Shown: piece after piece, positions 25,161 through 39,288 of the stretch
How the letters are laid out: every line of letters starts with the position of its first letter
How positions within the stretch are numbered: the first letter of the stretch is position 1
Assembly: GCA_021613535.1 (NCBI GenBank)
Contig: CP075495.1
Location: forward strand, 15,872,001-15,936,000
Source of the DNA: Adineta vaga
Taxonomy: Eukaryota; Animalia; Rotifera
Direction of reading: 5' to 3'
Length of the DNA: 64,000 nucleotides
The notes under the pieces: model-generated
What the model was told of the DNA's origin: nothing
The model's database searches: none
Seen by the model: the letters and a program-made list of their open reading frames with translations, nothing else
Position numbers and translations under genes: made by a program

Positions 25161-27297
25161 TTACCAAGTTTCAACAGCTCTTTTACAACTATCATAAACA
25201 GTTTCATTATTATTTCCCCACCATTGTGGAAAAGAAACATTTTTATTAACAAGAGCAGTTGAAATAATAATTAAAGCAATATTAAGACCAAGATCAAGAC
25301 CAGCTGAAACTAAATAAACATGACGTTGTCTCCAACTATATTTACCAAATGTAAAATGAACAATTAAACCAATTAAAAGCCATGTAAATAAAGCACCAGC
25401 AGGAACAATTGAAGGCATCCAACCCATTGTAACTAAAATTAATGGCCAATGTAATTTATTTAACCAACGAAAACGTTGAAATTTTGATAAAATCCATCCT
25501 GGTATTGGTAAAAATGCACCAACAAAAAAAGCCCAAAATAAACCACGATTTGAAAAATTTGCTCCACTAAAAAATCCAATATAATCATTTAAAAGTGTCC
25601 AACCAAGTTTAGTATTATTAAAGATAGACCAATTGTCTGCTTTTTTCCCTTGTTGAATATACATATAACGAATACCAATAGAAAATGTTGAACAAACTAA
25701 ACCAGCTAAACATTGTGCAGCAAATAATGCTCGTGGTGCTATTTTAATATAATGTGCAAATTTCATATCTTGAATTAAAACTAATGTTTGAACAAAAACA
25801 ACATAACCAAGTGCAATAAATGAATAAATTGTTTTAGCTGATGTTTGTAATGATAATGATTGTCCAATTAATAAACAAATATAATAAACAGATAAATTAT
25901 GTAATAATTGACCTGTTATTGATGAAACTAAACCAAATGGTAATGTAAATAAAGCACCAATAAATAAAGCTAATATAACATAATACCAATCTAACCATCC
26001 AGCATGATCACAAGTAACACAAGCAACAATTAATGCTAATGCAAATAATTGTAAATAACACCAATCAGGTACATTTGGATAAAGTGATATCATACGAGCA
26101 TGCATATCATTACCCATATTACCTAATTTTTTTGTACGAAATTGTTCCCAAATATCAGCTCCATGAAATAATAAAGCATGAACAAAAACAGCTGTTATAC
26201 TTGCAAATGATGTAAATGCTGTTACTAAACTTAATGCTGTAAAATCAGTTGATATAACACCACCTATTGGTAATGTTGTAAAATTTCTTATATTTGTTCC
26301 ATAAACAATTGGAACAATTAACCAAACAATTAAAACAAAACCAAATGCAATATTCATTAATGCCCAACCAGGTAAAATTAATGGTGAACCAAGATAACGT
26401 GTTACTGAATACCAATCTAATGTTAAACCACCACCACCAATAGCAAGACCACGAACTGCTGTTAATTGTGCTAATGGATCATTTGTTGGATTAATCCAAC
26501 ACATCCAAGAGAAATATGCTAATATTGGCATTATATATAATGGTAACCATTCATATATAAATGCTATTAATGTTATTACAATAAAAAATAATAAACGATT
26601 ATTCATTATTTTATGTAAAATATTTCGATTTTGTTTTCCATATGATGTTTCACTTACACTTGATTGACGATCATGTAATGTACGTAAAACAGCAATTAAT
26701 GGTAAATTTTGTGGCCAAATAACTTCAGATGGCCAAACTAAAAATCGACGAAGAACACCTATTAAAAAGATAAAGATTTAAAGATTTAAAGAAAAGAAAA
26801 GAAAAGAAAAAGAAACCTGCAAGACCAAAACCAAGAAATTGAATTGAAAGCATAAAAAAGAAATAATAAGCAAAATTAACTTGTTCTCTTTCTAAAACTT
26901 TAATTGTTGTTAATGTTGCATAAATAAATACTGAATGAAACATATATGCAACATTAGCCATAACTAAAATAAATCCATGTTCTTTCATTGTAAATGGTAT
27001 AGATTTTGGTATAATTAATGTCCATAAATGACCCAATGGATATGAACTAACAATAACTAAAACAGATGAAATAAAAGGACCAATTTTTTGAAAATTTCCC
27101 CATTGATGAAGATATGACATTCCAATAACATAAATTAAACCAATAATAATACTTCGTGGTGTACAACAAGCTTCATCAACATTATCTTTATTTGAACAAG
27201 TACCTGCTACTTCTTCAAATTGAGCCATTTCAGCATCAACATATGCATAACATGTTTCACCTTCTCGTTTTTCATTGTTTTTTTCTGATAATTCCAT
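25161..27297 (-). CDS. OPT-family oligopeptide transporter
   Basis: Intron 26759-26816 joins GFGLAG|VLRRFLVWPSEVIWPQNL. Also PFTMKEH, D.HARM...YPNVPDW and QDMKFAHYIKIAPR. These are fungal/plant OPT signatures. Confidence 0.9.
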
Positions 27298-27567
27298 TGA
27301 AAATTTTTTTTTCTATAAATGACCTTTAAATATTTTCTTTTGAAGAAAACAAAACAAAACGTCATATTTACCTTTGATGAAATTACTGACGATGAAAAAA
27401 AACAAAAACTATCGATATTTTATTTGATGACTGATTCGAGAAAATGTTCTGCATGAATAAATCAACTAATGATCATTCATTATGTATTAGACGAAAAAAA
27501 AAGAAAAATATATTTCGTTTATAAAATACGAAATATTTCTTTTTCTTTTTTTAGATTTATTTATTAA

Positions 27568-28823
27568 ATGGAAAAGAATAATTCGGAAAAAGAATCTTTA
27601 AAAATTGAAGATGATCAACCATCAATGTTTGTTTTCTTTTTCTTTTTCTTTTTATTTAATTTAATTTCTTTTTTCTTTTAAAAAAAAAGATTTACAAAAT
27701 TTTGGTTAATTATTCGTTCAAATTGGCTTTCAATAACAAGTGCATTAATTATTTGTCTTATTACAATTGTTGCTGTTCCAATTATTTATTCAATTGATAA
27801 AACTGTTACAAAAAGTATTTTCTTTTCTTTTCTTTTTTAAATAAAATATTTTTTTTGTTTAAAAAATAAATTTTAGCTAATGATACAATTTTATCATGGA
27901 ATACACGAGGTATAACAATACTTAATCAACAAACACTTCTTGAAGGAACAAATAATTCAATTGGAATAATCAAATCATTAAAATTTGATTCTAATGATAA
28001 TCTTTATCTTGTTGATTCAACAAATCATCGAATAATAAAATATGATTTTATTCGATTTGATTTATCATTAATATTTGGTTATTTAAATGGTTCAAATGGA
28101 AATGATTTGTATTCATTAAATTCTCCAAATGATATTTATTTATATTTAAATCAAATATTTATTGTTGATACTTTAAATCATCGAATAATAAATAAAATTT
28201 CAACATTAAATGAAGGAATTATTTTATTTGGTACAGGTCAATCAGGAGAACAAATAAATGAATTAAATCAACCAATGTCAATAACAATGGATTTAAATTC
28301 AAATATTTATATTGCTGATTATGGAAATAATCGTATTGTACAATTTAATATTTTAACAAATCAAACAAATATTTATTTAAAAAAAGATTTAACACAAATA
28401 AGAAATTCTTATGTTTTAACACCAATATCAATAAAATATCATTTATTAACAAATAGTCTTGTTATTGGACAAGAATTAGGTTATAATGTTATTAGATGGA
28501 AATTAAATACAACTGAATGGACATTAATTGCTGGTAGTGTTAGTAGTGAATTAAATGGAATATCAAGAACATTATTTAATAAAATATGTTCAATTGATAT
28601 TGATGATCAAATCAATACATTTATTGCTGATTGTCAAAATCAAAGAATTCAATATTTTCAAGGTGATGGAACAAAAGGTAAAACAATTGCTGGTGTTATT
28701 CAAGCGAATGGAACAAATCCTTATTTATTTAATCAACCGATTTCAATTACTTTTGATTCAAAAAAAAATCTTTATGTTGCTGATTCAAATAATTATCGTA
28801 TTCAATCTTTTCAAAGATATTAA
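27568..28823 (+). CDS. Type II membrane NHL-repeat (beta-propeller) protein
   Basis: ATG 27568, TM exon WLSITSALIICLITIVAVPIIYSI, then WNTRGIT and repeats of LN.P..I..D...NIYIAD..N.RI. Confidence 0.85.
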
Positions 28824-28868
28824 ATAAAATAAAATTAACTTTTTCTTTTCTTTTCTTTTCTTTTCTTT

Positions 28869-31574
28869 TCAATTAAAATTAATATCTGATTGAAGCCAAT
28901 TTAACATTTCTTTTTTAAGAATTATTGTTGATGATGTTGAAGATAAGATTTCATTTTCATTTTCTTCTTCTTGAATAAAATCTTCATAATTTTGTGCATG
29001 AATTTTATAATGATTTTTCATTCGATAAGCAGATGGAATATATTGATTACAAAAACGACATGTACGTTTATTAAGTTCTTTTTTAACTGATGAACAACAA
29101 TAATCAAATGGTAACATTTCATTCTAAAAAAATAAAATCGAATAAAAATAAAATAATCTTTTTATTTATAATAAAAAATAAACTTTTGTATGTTGAATAA
29201 CAAGTCCATGAAATTGAATTCTTTGAAATAAAGATCCATAAAATTGTCCTTTTTGATAATCTTTATCAGCCATACGAATACCATAAATTGTTCTTTCAAA
29301 TGGAATTGGTGAAGGTAAAAAACGATGTGGAAATATTTGTGAATAATTTGAACGCCATTGACCACAACATTCAATTGAATTACAACGAATAATTTGTAAT
29401 GTATATTGACTTTGTAAAACATGTTTTGAACACCAATATTCATCAATATCATATTTATTTTCATTATAAAATGATTTCTTTTTTGAACGATTATTTTCAA
29501 GATAATATTGATCTGATGAATGTATACGATATTCATATTCTTCATCATTACAAATTCTATTAAGAAAAAAACAAACAAACAAACGTTTTTAAAAGAAAAA
29601 AAAAGAAAAGAAAAGTTTACTTTTGTAAAATTTCATTTAAAATAATTTGTATTTGAATTAATTGATATTCATCTTGTGATGTTATTGGTGGATTAATATA
29701 TTCAGCAAAACATGAAAAATTATCAATTATTGTTTGATTCCATCTTTCAGATAAGATTTGTCCAGCTTTACGAAAATTTAATTTTTCTAAATCAATATTT
29801 GTTGTAATACCTGAATTACTTAAATGTGTACCATAATAATCATGTGGTAAAATAAGACCAGCCATATCATGAGATAATGGTGCCATACGACGTTCAACTA
29901 TATTATAAGCTGATTGACCTGGACTTAAATTAATATATTTTGAAAAAGAAATGAAAAGAAAGAAAGAAAAAACTTACGCATGTGTAAGAACAAAAAGTGC
30001 ATCTAAATTATATTTTTTAAATTTTTTAATATTTGCAACAAGTGTTTTTGGAAAACGTGGATTTTCATCTGGTCCACCATCAACAGTTAAAATAACAATT
30101 GGTTTTATTTGTTGTTTATCATTATGTGTAATAGAATAAAATTCTTTTAAATAAATAAAACGATTAAAATCATTTAAATGTGAATCAGCTGTTGATAAAT
30201 CATGTTTAGCTGATCGTATTGCAATATATGTTGGTCCAGAATAACTTAAATCACCATTTTCACTTAAAAGACAAATTGCATAAACACTTGGAATTAATTG
30301 ATGACGTGGTGCAATAATCCAATCATGATCAGGTAAATGAACACGAAAATCTTCATGCATTAACATTGGTGCTTGTACACGTGCTGCTGGTAAACCAATT
30401 GGTACTTTACATTTATCATCTTGTGATATATAAAGAACACAATTATTACCAAAAATCGATGCTAAATCTCTTATATAACGAATTGTTGCTGTAGCAAAAT
30501 GACCATCTTCATGTTTACCATGTTCATCATTTTGTGCACGACGAAGACGAACTGATGCTGTATAAATATGACGACGACCATCAATTGATTTTGCACGATG
30601 AGGTAATAAACTATTTAAAATAAAAAAGAATATTTTCATTTAAAAATTTTCTTACCGATAATAAAGAGTTGATCTTTTAATATCAAAACCACGTTGTTTT
30701 ATTTTTTCTCTTAAATTATCAAGTGTTAAACAAGGACGAATAATATCTGATCTTCGTTTATCATCTGTTGCTGCACCAGCTCTTGCAATTTCTTCAATTA
30801 TTTCTAATAAATTTGGACATTGTTCTTCAATACGTGGTTTTCCTCGTCCACGACGATAAAGTTTATTTAATTGTGGACGTAATTCAGGTTTTGTTTCATA
30901 TAAATATTCTATCTAAAAAAATAGAAATTAAATTAAAAAAAAAGAAGAAGAAATTTCAATACAATTTTTCTTTGTTTATTTCGATGTTTATTTGATGCTC
31001 GTTGTCTTTGTTGAAGTCTTCTTAATTGAAAAGATTTTGTCTTTTTTTGTTCAATTAATTCTTTTAATTGTTTTCGATTTTCATTTGTTAATAAACCCAT
31101 TTGTTTAACTTGTATTAATGAAACAATTTGTTCATTTATTAAATTTAATTCTTTATAAACACGTTCTTGTGCTGGTTGTCGTTTTTCTTTATCTAATGGT
31201 TCATATCTTATCGATGATGATACTTTATTTTCTTTAATAAAATAATATTTTTTATCTTCTTCTTCTTCTTCTTCTTCTTCTTGATTATTATTTATTTGTT
31301 TATCTAAATTAATTGATAAAATAGTTTTTTGATTAAATATTTCTAAATATTCTTCAATCTTTTCTTTAACATATTCTTCATTTAATTTGATTTCATTCCA
31401 TTCAATTAAAGCATTACGATGATTTATCTAAATAGATAAATTTTCTTTTCTTTTTTTTTTAATCAAAAAAAATCTTACTGAAGAATTTTCATTTGAATGA
31501 GCTTTATTAAAAGCATCAAGAAATGTTTTATAAAGACTTGGACCTTGACATTTTTTATTTGATTTAGTTGACAT
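28869..31574 (-). CDS. Zator-type DDE transposase-derived gene with C-terminal C2H2 finger, six introns (probably domesticated)
   Basis: SQDDKCKVPIG, LPDHDW, GPTYIAIRSAKH, VDGGPDENPRF, APGQSAYNIVERRMAPLS and CRFC..HYKIH. Approximate introns: 31428-31478, 30913-30962, 30611-30655, 29923-29977, 29558-29620, 29125-29183. Exons checked by hand are open. Confidence 0.75.
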
Positions 31575-32410
31575 GATTATATAATTCGAAAGAATGAAGA
31601 AAGAATAATACAAATAGGAACGATATTGAGATAAAAGAATAGAAGAAATATTTTATCGAATCATAAAAAAAAAGGACAAACGGTCAAAAAGAAAGAAAAA
31701 GAAACAAAAAACGAAAATTGTCATAAGAAATATTTGATTGAGAAAGAAAAAAGAAATAAATTCTTCTTTTCTTTTGTTCATCATCGACATTTGGATATGA
31801 TTATAAGACATATTTATTTGTATATTTAGTAAATCAATAACTCATTGTTTCTTTTTATAAGTTTAGTTTTCTCTTTCTTTTTTTCTATTATATAATCGAT
31901 ATTATACATCACTATCTGATTAAAGGTCATTTTTTCTTCTATAAACAAAATCTAATAGATATGTATCATAAAGTATATAAAAGAAGATAAATTTTATTTC
32001 ATTATTGTTTAGTTTATAAATAATAGACTATGATTCGAAATGTGTATAGGAAAGAAAGAAACGAGAGAAGAATTAATATTCGTTTGTAATTCAATCATAA
32101 TAACTATGTTTATCAAAATATTGTGTAGTAGGATTAAACGAAATAGGTAAATGTAGAAGTAATGGGAAAGATGAAGATATTTTAAAACAAGAAAATATTG
32201 TCTATAGTTGTTGAGTTTGCTCGGATAGCAGGAGATACTTGGTTAAAATCTCGTCAAGAGCATCTTTTTTCTTTATTCTGTCACATAACATAACATCATC
32301 TGAATGGATTGATTCTATATCAAAAAGTGACTTAACATTTTTAAGTGCCTATCATTCTGAACTTATTCTTTTGACATGTTCCTACTTTAAAACTGTATTC
32401 TTACAAGTCG

Positions 32411-33707
32411 ATGGGCAATCACTTTGATTTTCGAATTTTATTAATCAAAATAGAAGATCTTCTATCAGACAATGATCGATGTCGTCTATACATTTTGCCC
32501 TGGAAGAAGATGTTCCAAGAGCGTTACGCGATGATTTATTTCTTGATGGAACACTTCGTATACTTGATATTCTTTTCGATAAGGCATTTATTACCGAAGA
32601 CGATTGCAGTTATCTGATAATAGTTTTTAACAATATAGGCTGTCATAATGCTGCAGAACGGCTTAAAGGCTATAGTTATTTTCTTTACTTCCTTGAATTG
32701 ATATTCAACAATCAATTTGTATATTTCAGAGCATCAACGCGATTTGGAAAAAAGATAATGAAAAAATTTACTCATTACAAAATATTCTTTTACAAGACAT
32801 CGAAGAAGAAGACGACAAAATTGCAACTAGTTTGTATAATAGAAAACCATCAAGTTTTCGTGAACGAATTTTTCTTCTTCCTGCTTCTTATTGCGTTCAT
32901 TGTTGTCACGATAACCTGTCGAGAACTATAAGACTGTATATAGATTGAGGTGAGCGCAGATATACTGAAGGAATTAGGAGAATTTCAATGTAACCTCCTA
33001 GCAATAGACGAAAAGATATATTCATCCATTTCGATACTGATCTCGACCTAATATTAGACATAAACATAAAATATTTTGTCGATTGATCCAAATTCCAAAA
33101 TGTATTTATGTGTACACGGATTAAAGTACACTATAGTAAATAGAATCGAATGTAAGAAACAGACAGAAGCAACTTGAAAATATGAAGTGCCAGAATTTTC
33201 TCTGTCGTATATATTCTTGTTATTGTTCTTTTCAGATGAAAAATTGTCTATTCTATTATCTCGCTGTCCTCGCCGTGATGGTAAACGAGATTATCTTGTT
33301 CTTTCCGAAATTGCCTGTTGGGATCTGATAATGGATACTTGTGGATTTCTCTATGTTTCTGATCGTGATAAATACGAAGTGCGTCGATTTCGACTTAATA
33401 TTAACTCACAAGGAACACTAATAGCAAATGGAAATGGACAAGGAAGTAGTATTAATCCACTGAATTCGCCACAATACTTCTTCGTTAATCAAAATGACTC
33501 GTTATATATAGCGGATTTCAACAATAATCGAGTAATGCGCTGGTTTCGTGTAGATAGCCAGGGAAACATAGTTGTTGGTTGATTTGGTTTTGGAAGTTCG
33601 GCAAATCAATTAAGTAGATCCATGGGATTGTCTTTCGATAAATATGGTCATCTTTATATCGTGGATCAATACAATAGTCGAGTACAAAAGTTTGAACTAT
33701 TGTCTAA
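32411..33707 (+). pseudogene. Death-effector-domain + NHL-repeat gene remnant
   Basis: FRILLIKIEDLLSDNDR(frameshift)HFALEEDVPR...ITEDDCSYL...IGCHNAAERLK is DED-like. NHL repeats at 33300-33707 have an in-frame TGA at 33580. Confidence 0.65.
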
Positions 33708-35279
33708 ATGATTTTTTTTAAAGTTTTTATTCATAGGTTTCAGAATACATCCGAAGTTTTTTTCAAAAAGAACAGAGAGAAAAAGAGAAAGTTTGCTAGA
33801 AAACATTTTAATCTATTTTCTCTATTCATATATTATCCTTCTTTGTTTTATTTATTAAATGGAAAATCAATGACGTATTTTAAGAATAAATGTAAATATT
33901 GTAATTTATTCTTATTAACACTTACTCATGTTGAATGGTTTTATTCTAAGGATTAAGAGGATCGTTTTTAGTTGAATTCATTTTGATATATAAAATCCAA
34001 TCTAATTCTATCAATTTTTTAAATCCACTTTTAAAGAAAAAATAATTATAAATATTTGGTTCGTAAAATGTAACTGCAAAGACATGGTTCATCGGATTGA
34101 GAACGTTGAAAACATTTGTAATATCCTTCATCATTAAAGAATTTATAGTCACCAAAAAGTCTTGTATTATAATTTGTTCGAATCTTCTTTTCTTCTTCGA
34201 TAAATATAAAATAATCTTTTTGAAATTTCTCATTCTTCTTGATATAATATAAGCAAGTCAAGATGCAGCAATATCTACGTTAGTCAGAGATTTAACACAT
34301 AGAGCATAATTTAATTGTTTATTTTCACTTTCAAGTGCATTATCATATTCATTTTTAGAAATAATTATTGTATTATAGGATTCATATTGTTATGAATACA
34401 CCAAGCAATCAATGTATTTCTATTATCATTTAATTCACGTTTGTAAAATTATGAACTACAATATAAACTATTAGAATAATATCGTACATAATGATGATCA
34501 AAAGCATCTATTTTTGAATTATAAAAAATGAAATTCTCAAGAAAAAGAATTAAATGATTGATTTAAAAGTTGTACCGTTTCTTCAGCATAGATTTGTCTT
34601 GATTTGCAATTGTTTTTACTGTTTCATTGAATCCAGAAATACCTTTATCTCATACAAATTCAACTTTATTAATATCTTGATAATATATGATGAAAGTTTC
34701 CATTACTATCTATATTATTTATAGCTTGATTGATTATATATCTAATGAAAGTTGAGTTGTACATATATTTTGTGCTTTTCGTGATAATGTTATTTTATTA
34801 AAATTCGTTTTTTCTTTCAAATCCTCAGCAATTGAAAAATCATAATCAATCAAATTTAATATTTCGATTATTATTAAGGAAATTGTTAAAAAATAATCTT
34901 CTTTTATATATTTTTTGTTTGAATTTTTCTACACTTTGTAATATTTATCTATTAGATTTTGTTTATAGAAGAGGAAATGACATTCAAATGCTTTGAGTTA
35001 GAACTTCATATGGGATGATTATATTTCAAATTAGTCTCTATTCCATCTTGAAGGTGTGTGTACAGATATATGTATAAAAGAAGAGACAGGTATATACGCA
35101 CATATTCTCAAAATACTTTTGAAATATTCTGTATTTACATTATACGTGAGGGAGCAAATGGTCCTCTCAACATGTAGATAAAACAACAGAGTTTTACAGT
35201 TATGAGATACTCTTGTAGCTCATATTCTTATCAATTTGATAAAAGAGATAGACGTTTTTTCGGATATATTATTGTGTTT

Positions 35280-36404
35280 ATGAATTTCTTCTATGCGTTC
35301 CTTCTATCGAGTTTTTTACTTGTTTCAAGCAAACAAATAGTTATTTCCAATGTTCTTCCACGATTGGATACAAATGGATCCTATGTAGATGCACATGATG
35401 GTTGTTTGGTTAAATTCAAGGATACTTATTTCATGTATGGTACTGTTTACGGTAATTGTCATCAATCAACGACTATTTGTGATGCTGTATGTGGTTATTT
35501 AAATAATACATTTTCATTATATATTTCATCTGATCTTGTTAATTGGACATTGATTAATAATAATATTCTTCCTGAAGCTACGAAAGATCATAATTATATT
35601 AATTATTGGATGCCAAATGTTGAATATAATTATCGTACGAATCAATATGTTATGGTTTATTGGTCAAGTAGATATGGATTTATTAATTCTAGTATTGCTA
35701 TTGCTGTTTCATCAACACCTTTTGGACCTTTCGTAAATGTTCCACCATTAGTAATGAAAGGTGCAAAAGTGATCAGTAGTACTACTGGTCTATTTGTTGA
35801 TGATGATAATACAGCTTATGTTCGATATAATACACGTGATGGACCGTTAAGACATGTGATAGAAAAACTTTCATCAGATTGGATGACAAGTACTGGACAA
35901 TTCTCTATTATTGTTGAAAAACAAGATTATCCATGGTTTGAAGGAGGAGGAATTTTTAAGAGAAAAGGATTCTATTATACAATGTTAGGTATTGATTGTT
36001 GTTTTTGTCAATGGGGAGGAGATGCACGTACATTTATTAGTAATAATCCTCTTGGTAATTGGACTTATTTTGGTCAATTAAATTATTGTGCTGATGGAAA
36101 AGCTCCACCAGATCATATTGATGGTATGAATATTAATCCATGTTCACTGAATAATCCTTATGGAACAAATTTTACAATTCCTGCACAACAATTCAATGTA
36201 GCGACTTTACCAATATCATCAGAAGAAACTTTATTCATGTATTATGGAGAAAGATTTCGTTCAAGTAAGGATGGAATTAAAGGTCATGATTTTCAAGCTT
36301 GGATACCAATAGAATTTACAAACAATGATATTCCAAAACCTATGATATTTTATAATAATTTTACTATTAATATTCAAGAATATTACAATAAAGAATTAAT
36401 TTAA
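35280..36404 (+). CDS. Secreted glycoside hydrolase family 43 (GH43_24 / exo-beta-1,3-galactanase-like), intronless
   Basis: Signal MNFFYAFLLSSFLLVSS; PRLDTNGSYVDAHDG, SSDLVNW, AVSSTPFGPF, LFVDDD.TAY, FEGGGIFKR.G.YY, PLGNW, AQQ, YYGERF. Confidence 0.8.
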   Translation: MNFFYAFLLSSFLLVSSKQIVISNVLPRLDTNGSYVDAHDGCLVKFKDTYFMYGTVYGNCHQSTTICDAVCGYLNNTFSLYISSDLVNWTLINNNILPEATKDHNYINYWMPNVEYNYRTNQYVMVYWSSRYGFINSSIAIAVSSTPFGPFVNVPPLVMKGAKVISSTTGLFVDDDNTAYVRYNTRDGPLRHVIEKLSSDWMTSTGQFSIIVEKQDYPWFEGGGIFKRKGFYYTMLGIDCCFCQWGGDARTFISNNPLGNWTYFGQLNYCADGKAPPDHIDGMNINPCSLNNPYGTNFTIPAQQFNVATLPISSEETLFMYYGERFRSSKDGIKGHDFQAWIPIEFTNNDIPKPMIFYNNFTINIQEYYNKELI

Positions 36405-37311
36405 TGAACTTTGTATAAACAATCATTATCTTTATATCTTATTTTCAAAATAAAGAAAAAATATAGACATACATGACGATACAAATTTGAGAGAAAATAA
36501 GTACAAATTCGATATAATTCTACTTAGATTTAAAATATTTATCTATTAAATCAATTTTTCATGTCTTCTTCTTTGTCTTTTCATAAATTAGGAAATGAGT
36601 AATAAACAAATCGTTATATATATGAGAAAAAATATTTGATTGCAAATGATCATATATATATATTAGAATAGTATGATCTTCTAGTTATAGAAACTATCCA
36701 TATGTGAATAAATTCTATACAAATTCGACAAGATTCATTTATTCGATTTAAGACGAAGAACAATTTTAGATAAGATAACAATTTTGTTACTTTGAATATG
36801 AGAAGAACTTTTGTGAATTGATCTGAAACGATTTTACTGTTCAGTCAGTTTGTCATTTACGAACGAAATGTTCTTTTTCAAATATTCTACATGATTAATT
36901 GATTCACAGATATCACATGAATATTAGTTAGAATAAATAAACTATATTATTTTGATCTTGAATTCAATCTTTATTATATATTATGGTTGTGATCGTATAG
37001 AAAAGATGACGCGTTAAAATTAGCGTTATTTTAGTGAGCAATTAATATTAACACACAGAAATAACGACTTGTTTTACAAATAAGTGACATTTATAGTATT
37101 TTGATTCTGATCATCTTTTATTAAAAGAATTTATAAATAATATATAAAGAATTTGAAAGATTGCAAAGAAATTGACGATAAATTAAGAAGATGAAGATTA
37201 AAATGATAATATTAATATATTTCGTTAATATAAAAATATTATGAAAAACACTTCTAAACGTAATGATTAGAATATTGAAGTGTAAATATCCTTTAGATTT
37301 TCTTTATAATA

Positions 37312-38110
37312 ATGACTACTGTTGAATTGATTCCTATAAATGATTGTATTACAACATCTCAGTTGTCAAATTCCACATCTTGCATCAATAATGATTCAAA
37401 TAAAGAAAAGTCAGTTATGGTTGATGTAATCATTGTAGGAGTGGAATTAGTGGTCTGGTCACTGATTTGTACTTATATCGAGCTAGTTTTTTTGTTCGTG
37501 TTCATGAATGAGTGTCAATACTTGAACCGGTTGGATTTAGTCTAAATCTTCAACCATATTGTGTGAAATTATTATACGAACTCGGTGTTCATGTTGCTCG
37601 TAAAGCTCTTTTTTATTCACTTAATGGACAATTAATTTATCAGGAGCCAAGAGGCGTCGAAGCCGGTTATAAATGGTCATCCTGTTTAATGCATCGTGGT
37701 ACCTTTCAGTAGTTATTACTACGTCCTGTACGTGGTGAAGTATTGATTGGTTCTGATGGAATAAACTCGACTGTACAAAAAATTCTATATCCTGACGAAG
37801 GATGTTCACTTTGGAGAGGCCTGGACCTATATCGTGGTGTAACTCCTGTGGATAAACTTTACTTAGATGAACGAACAATGATTTTTATGGGAAATCCAAA
37901 TATGCAAGCATCACCAGTAATACCTGATTGGAATAATTTTGGTCGTATGGAAGATCTATCTCCTTTAATCTGACATTTAAAACTTGATTTTCTTGATATT
38001 GATCATCTTGGTAAATCAGCAATGATTCTCAATGAATTTCCGATAACTGATCGTGTAATTTTACTTGGTGATGTGACTCATTCTTAGTATCCAATTGGAG
38101 GTAACGGAGT
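37312..38110 (+). pseudogene. FAD-dependent monooxygenase (bacterial/fungal type) pseudogene
   Basis: Fragments in shifting frames: DVIIVG, LNLQPYCV..L.ELG, IYQEPRGVEAGYKW, LIGSDGINSTV...YPDEG..LWRG, LLGD..H..YPIGGNG. Deletions and stops. Confidence 0.75.
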
Positions 38111-39288
38111 TTTTCATAATTATTATCGGATGTCATCTCATCAGGAGAAATCAACGCTTTGATTTTCAAGTTCAAATAAGTGACTGGTTCGAACGTACAG
38201 AAACTTAATGAAGAATCTTCACTCTCTTAGAAATAAGATGTAGATATGAATATTAATCACTCATTCACATTTAACTACCGTCATTGTATTGCTTTATAAT
38301 CGAATACTTTAAATTCAGACTAGAATTCGATGAAATATAAACTTGATATTTGAGTCTTTATTGAAACAAAGTAAGTGTCACATATAAAAGTCGAAAGTTC
38401 GGAAACGTTTTTCATCTAAATCTAGTTAAATTAATTAAAAATAACTTAGAAATTATACAATTTGCAATTCATTAACATGTTGTTTTTTCTTAGTACAATA
38501 TTTTTAATTTAGTTGCAATAAGTTTCTTTGCTAAAAAATCATTTTTAACAAATGTATTACGATCCTACATATAGGATTGAGAATAAAAAACAGATCAGTT
38601 TACATGTAAAGTGTATAAATAATCGTTTCAATTTATCAGTTATACTTGAAACTAAATGAGATAGTTTTAAACTATAGTTTGTATAAAAGAATAATGAATC
38701 TAATCTTTATTATTATTATATTATGAGAACTAATATCAGATAAATAACGTCTTTGTAATTTTTAGAATGTGAAAACAAAATGAAATATAACTGAAACTCT
38801 ACTCATGACACATCATTTTGTTTCGCTTCCATCATTAATATAGATTAAAAGAAAAACTTGTATATGTCGATTGAATCCAAACATGGTAATAAGAAGAAAG
38901 AGTCTAATATTACGTAGTAGTTCAATTATTTCATTTGATTTAGAAAGAAAGACGACGAATATTTATAAATGAAACACGAAATCACAAGACACCTTTTCGA
39001 TCTTGATCATTGCTATTAGAAACGAGATAAGTTACTATCACAAGATATGAATAAGTATGACTTTTAATCGTTCGTTTTTGCCGTCTTTACATTGGGTTCA
39101 ATAGGAATTTTCATAGGGCTACTGCCGTTGGATACATTCATTTTCACCATCATCTCGCTGCTGTGTGTTATACAAATATTATCTTCTAGATACAGATATT
39201 TTCAATAAAAAAATTATTATACTCACAATACATACATATAAACAAACTGATAGAATAACAATAATTTAATTCAAAAAATAGAAGTTAA

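Noticed and set aside
33946-34400. Cys-containing fragment (CFQRSQSDEPCLCSY) on the minus strand
   Set aside because: Too short and frameshifted to assign to a family.
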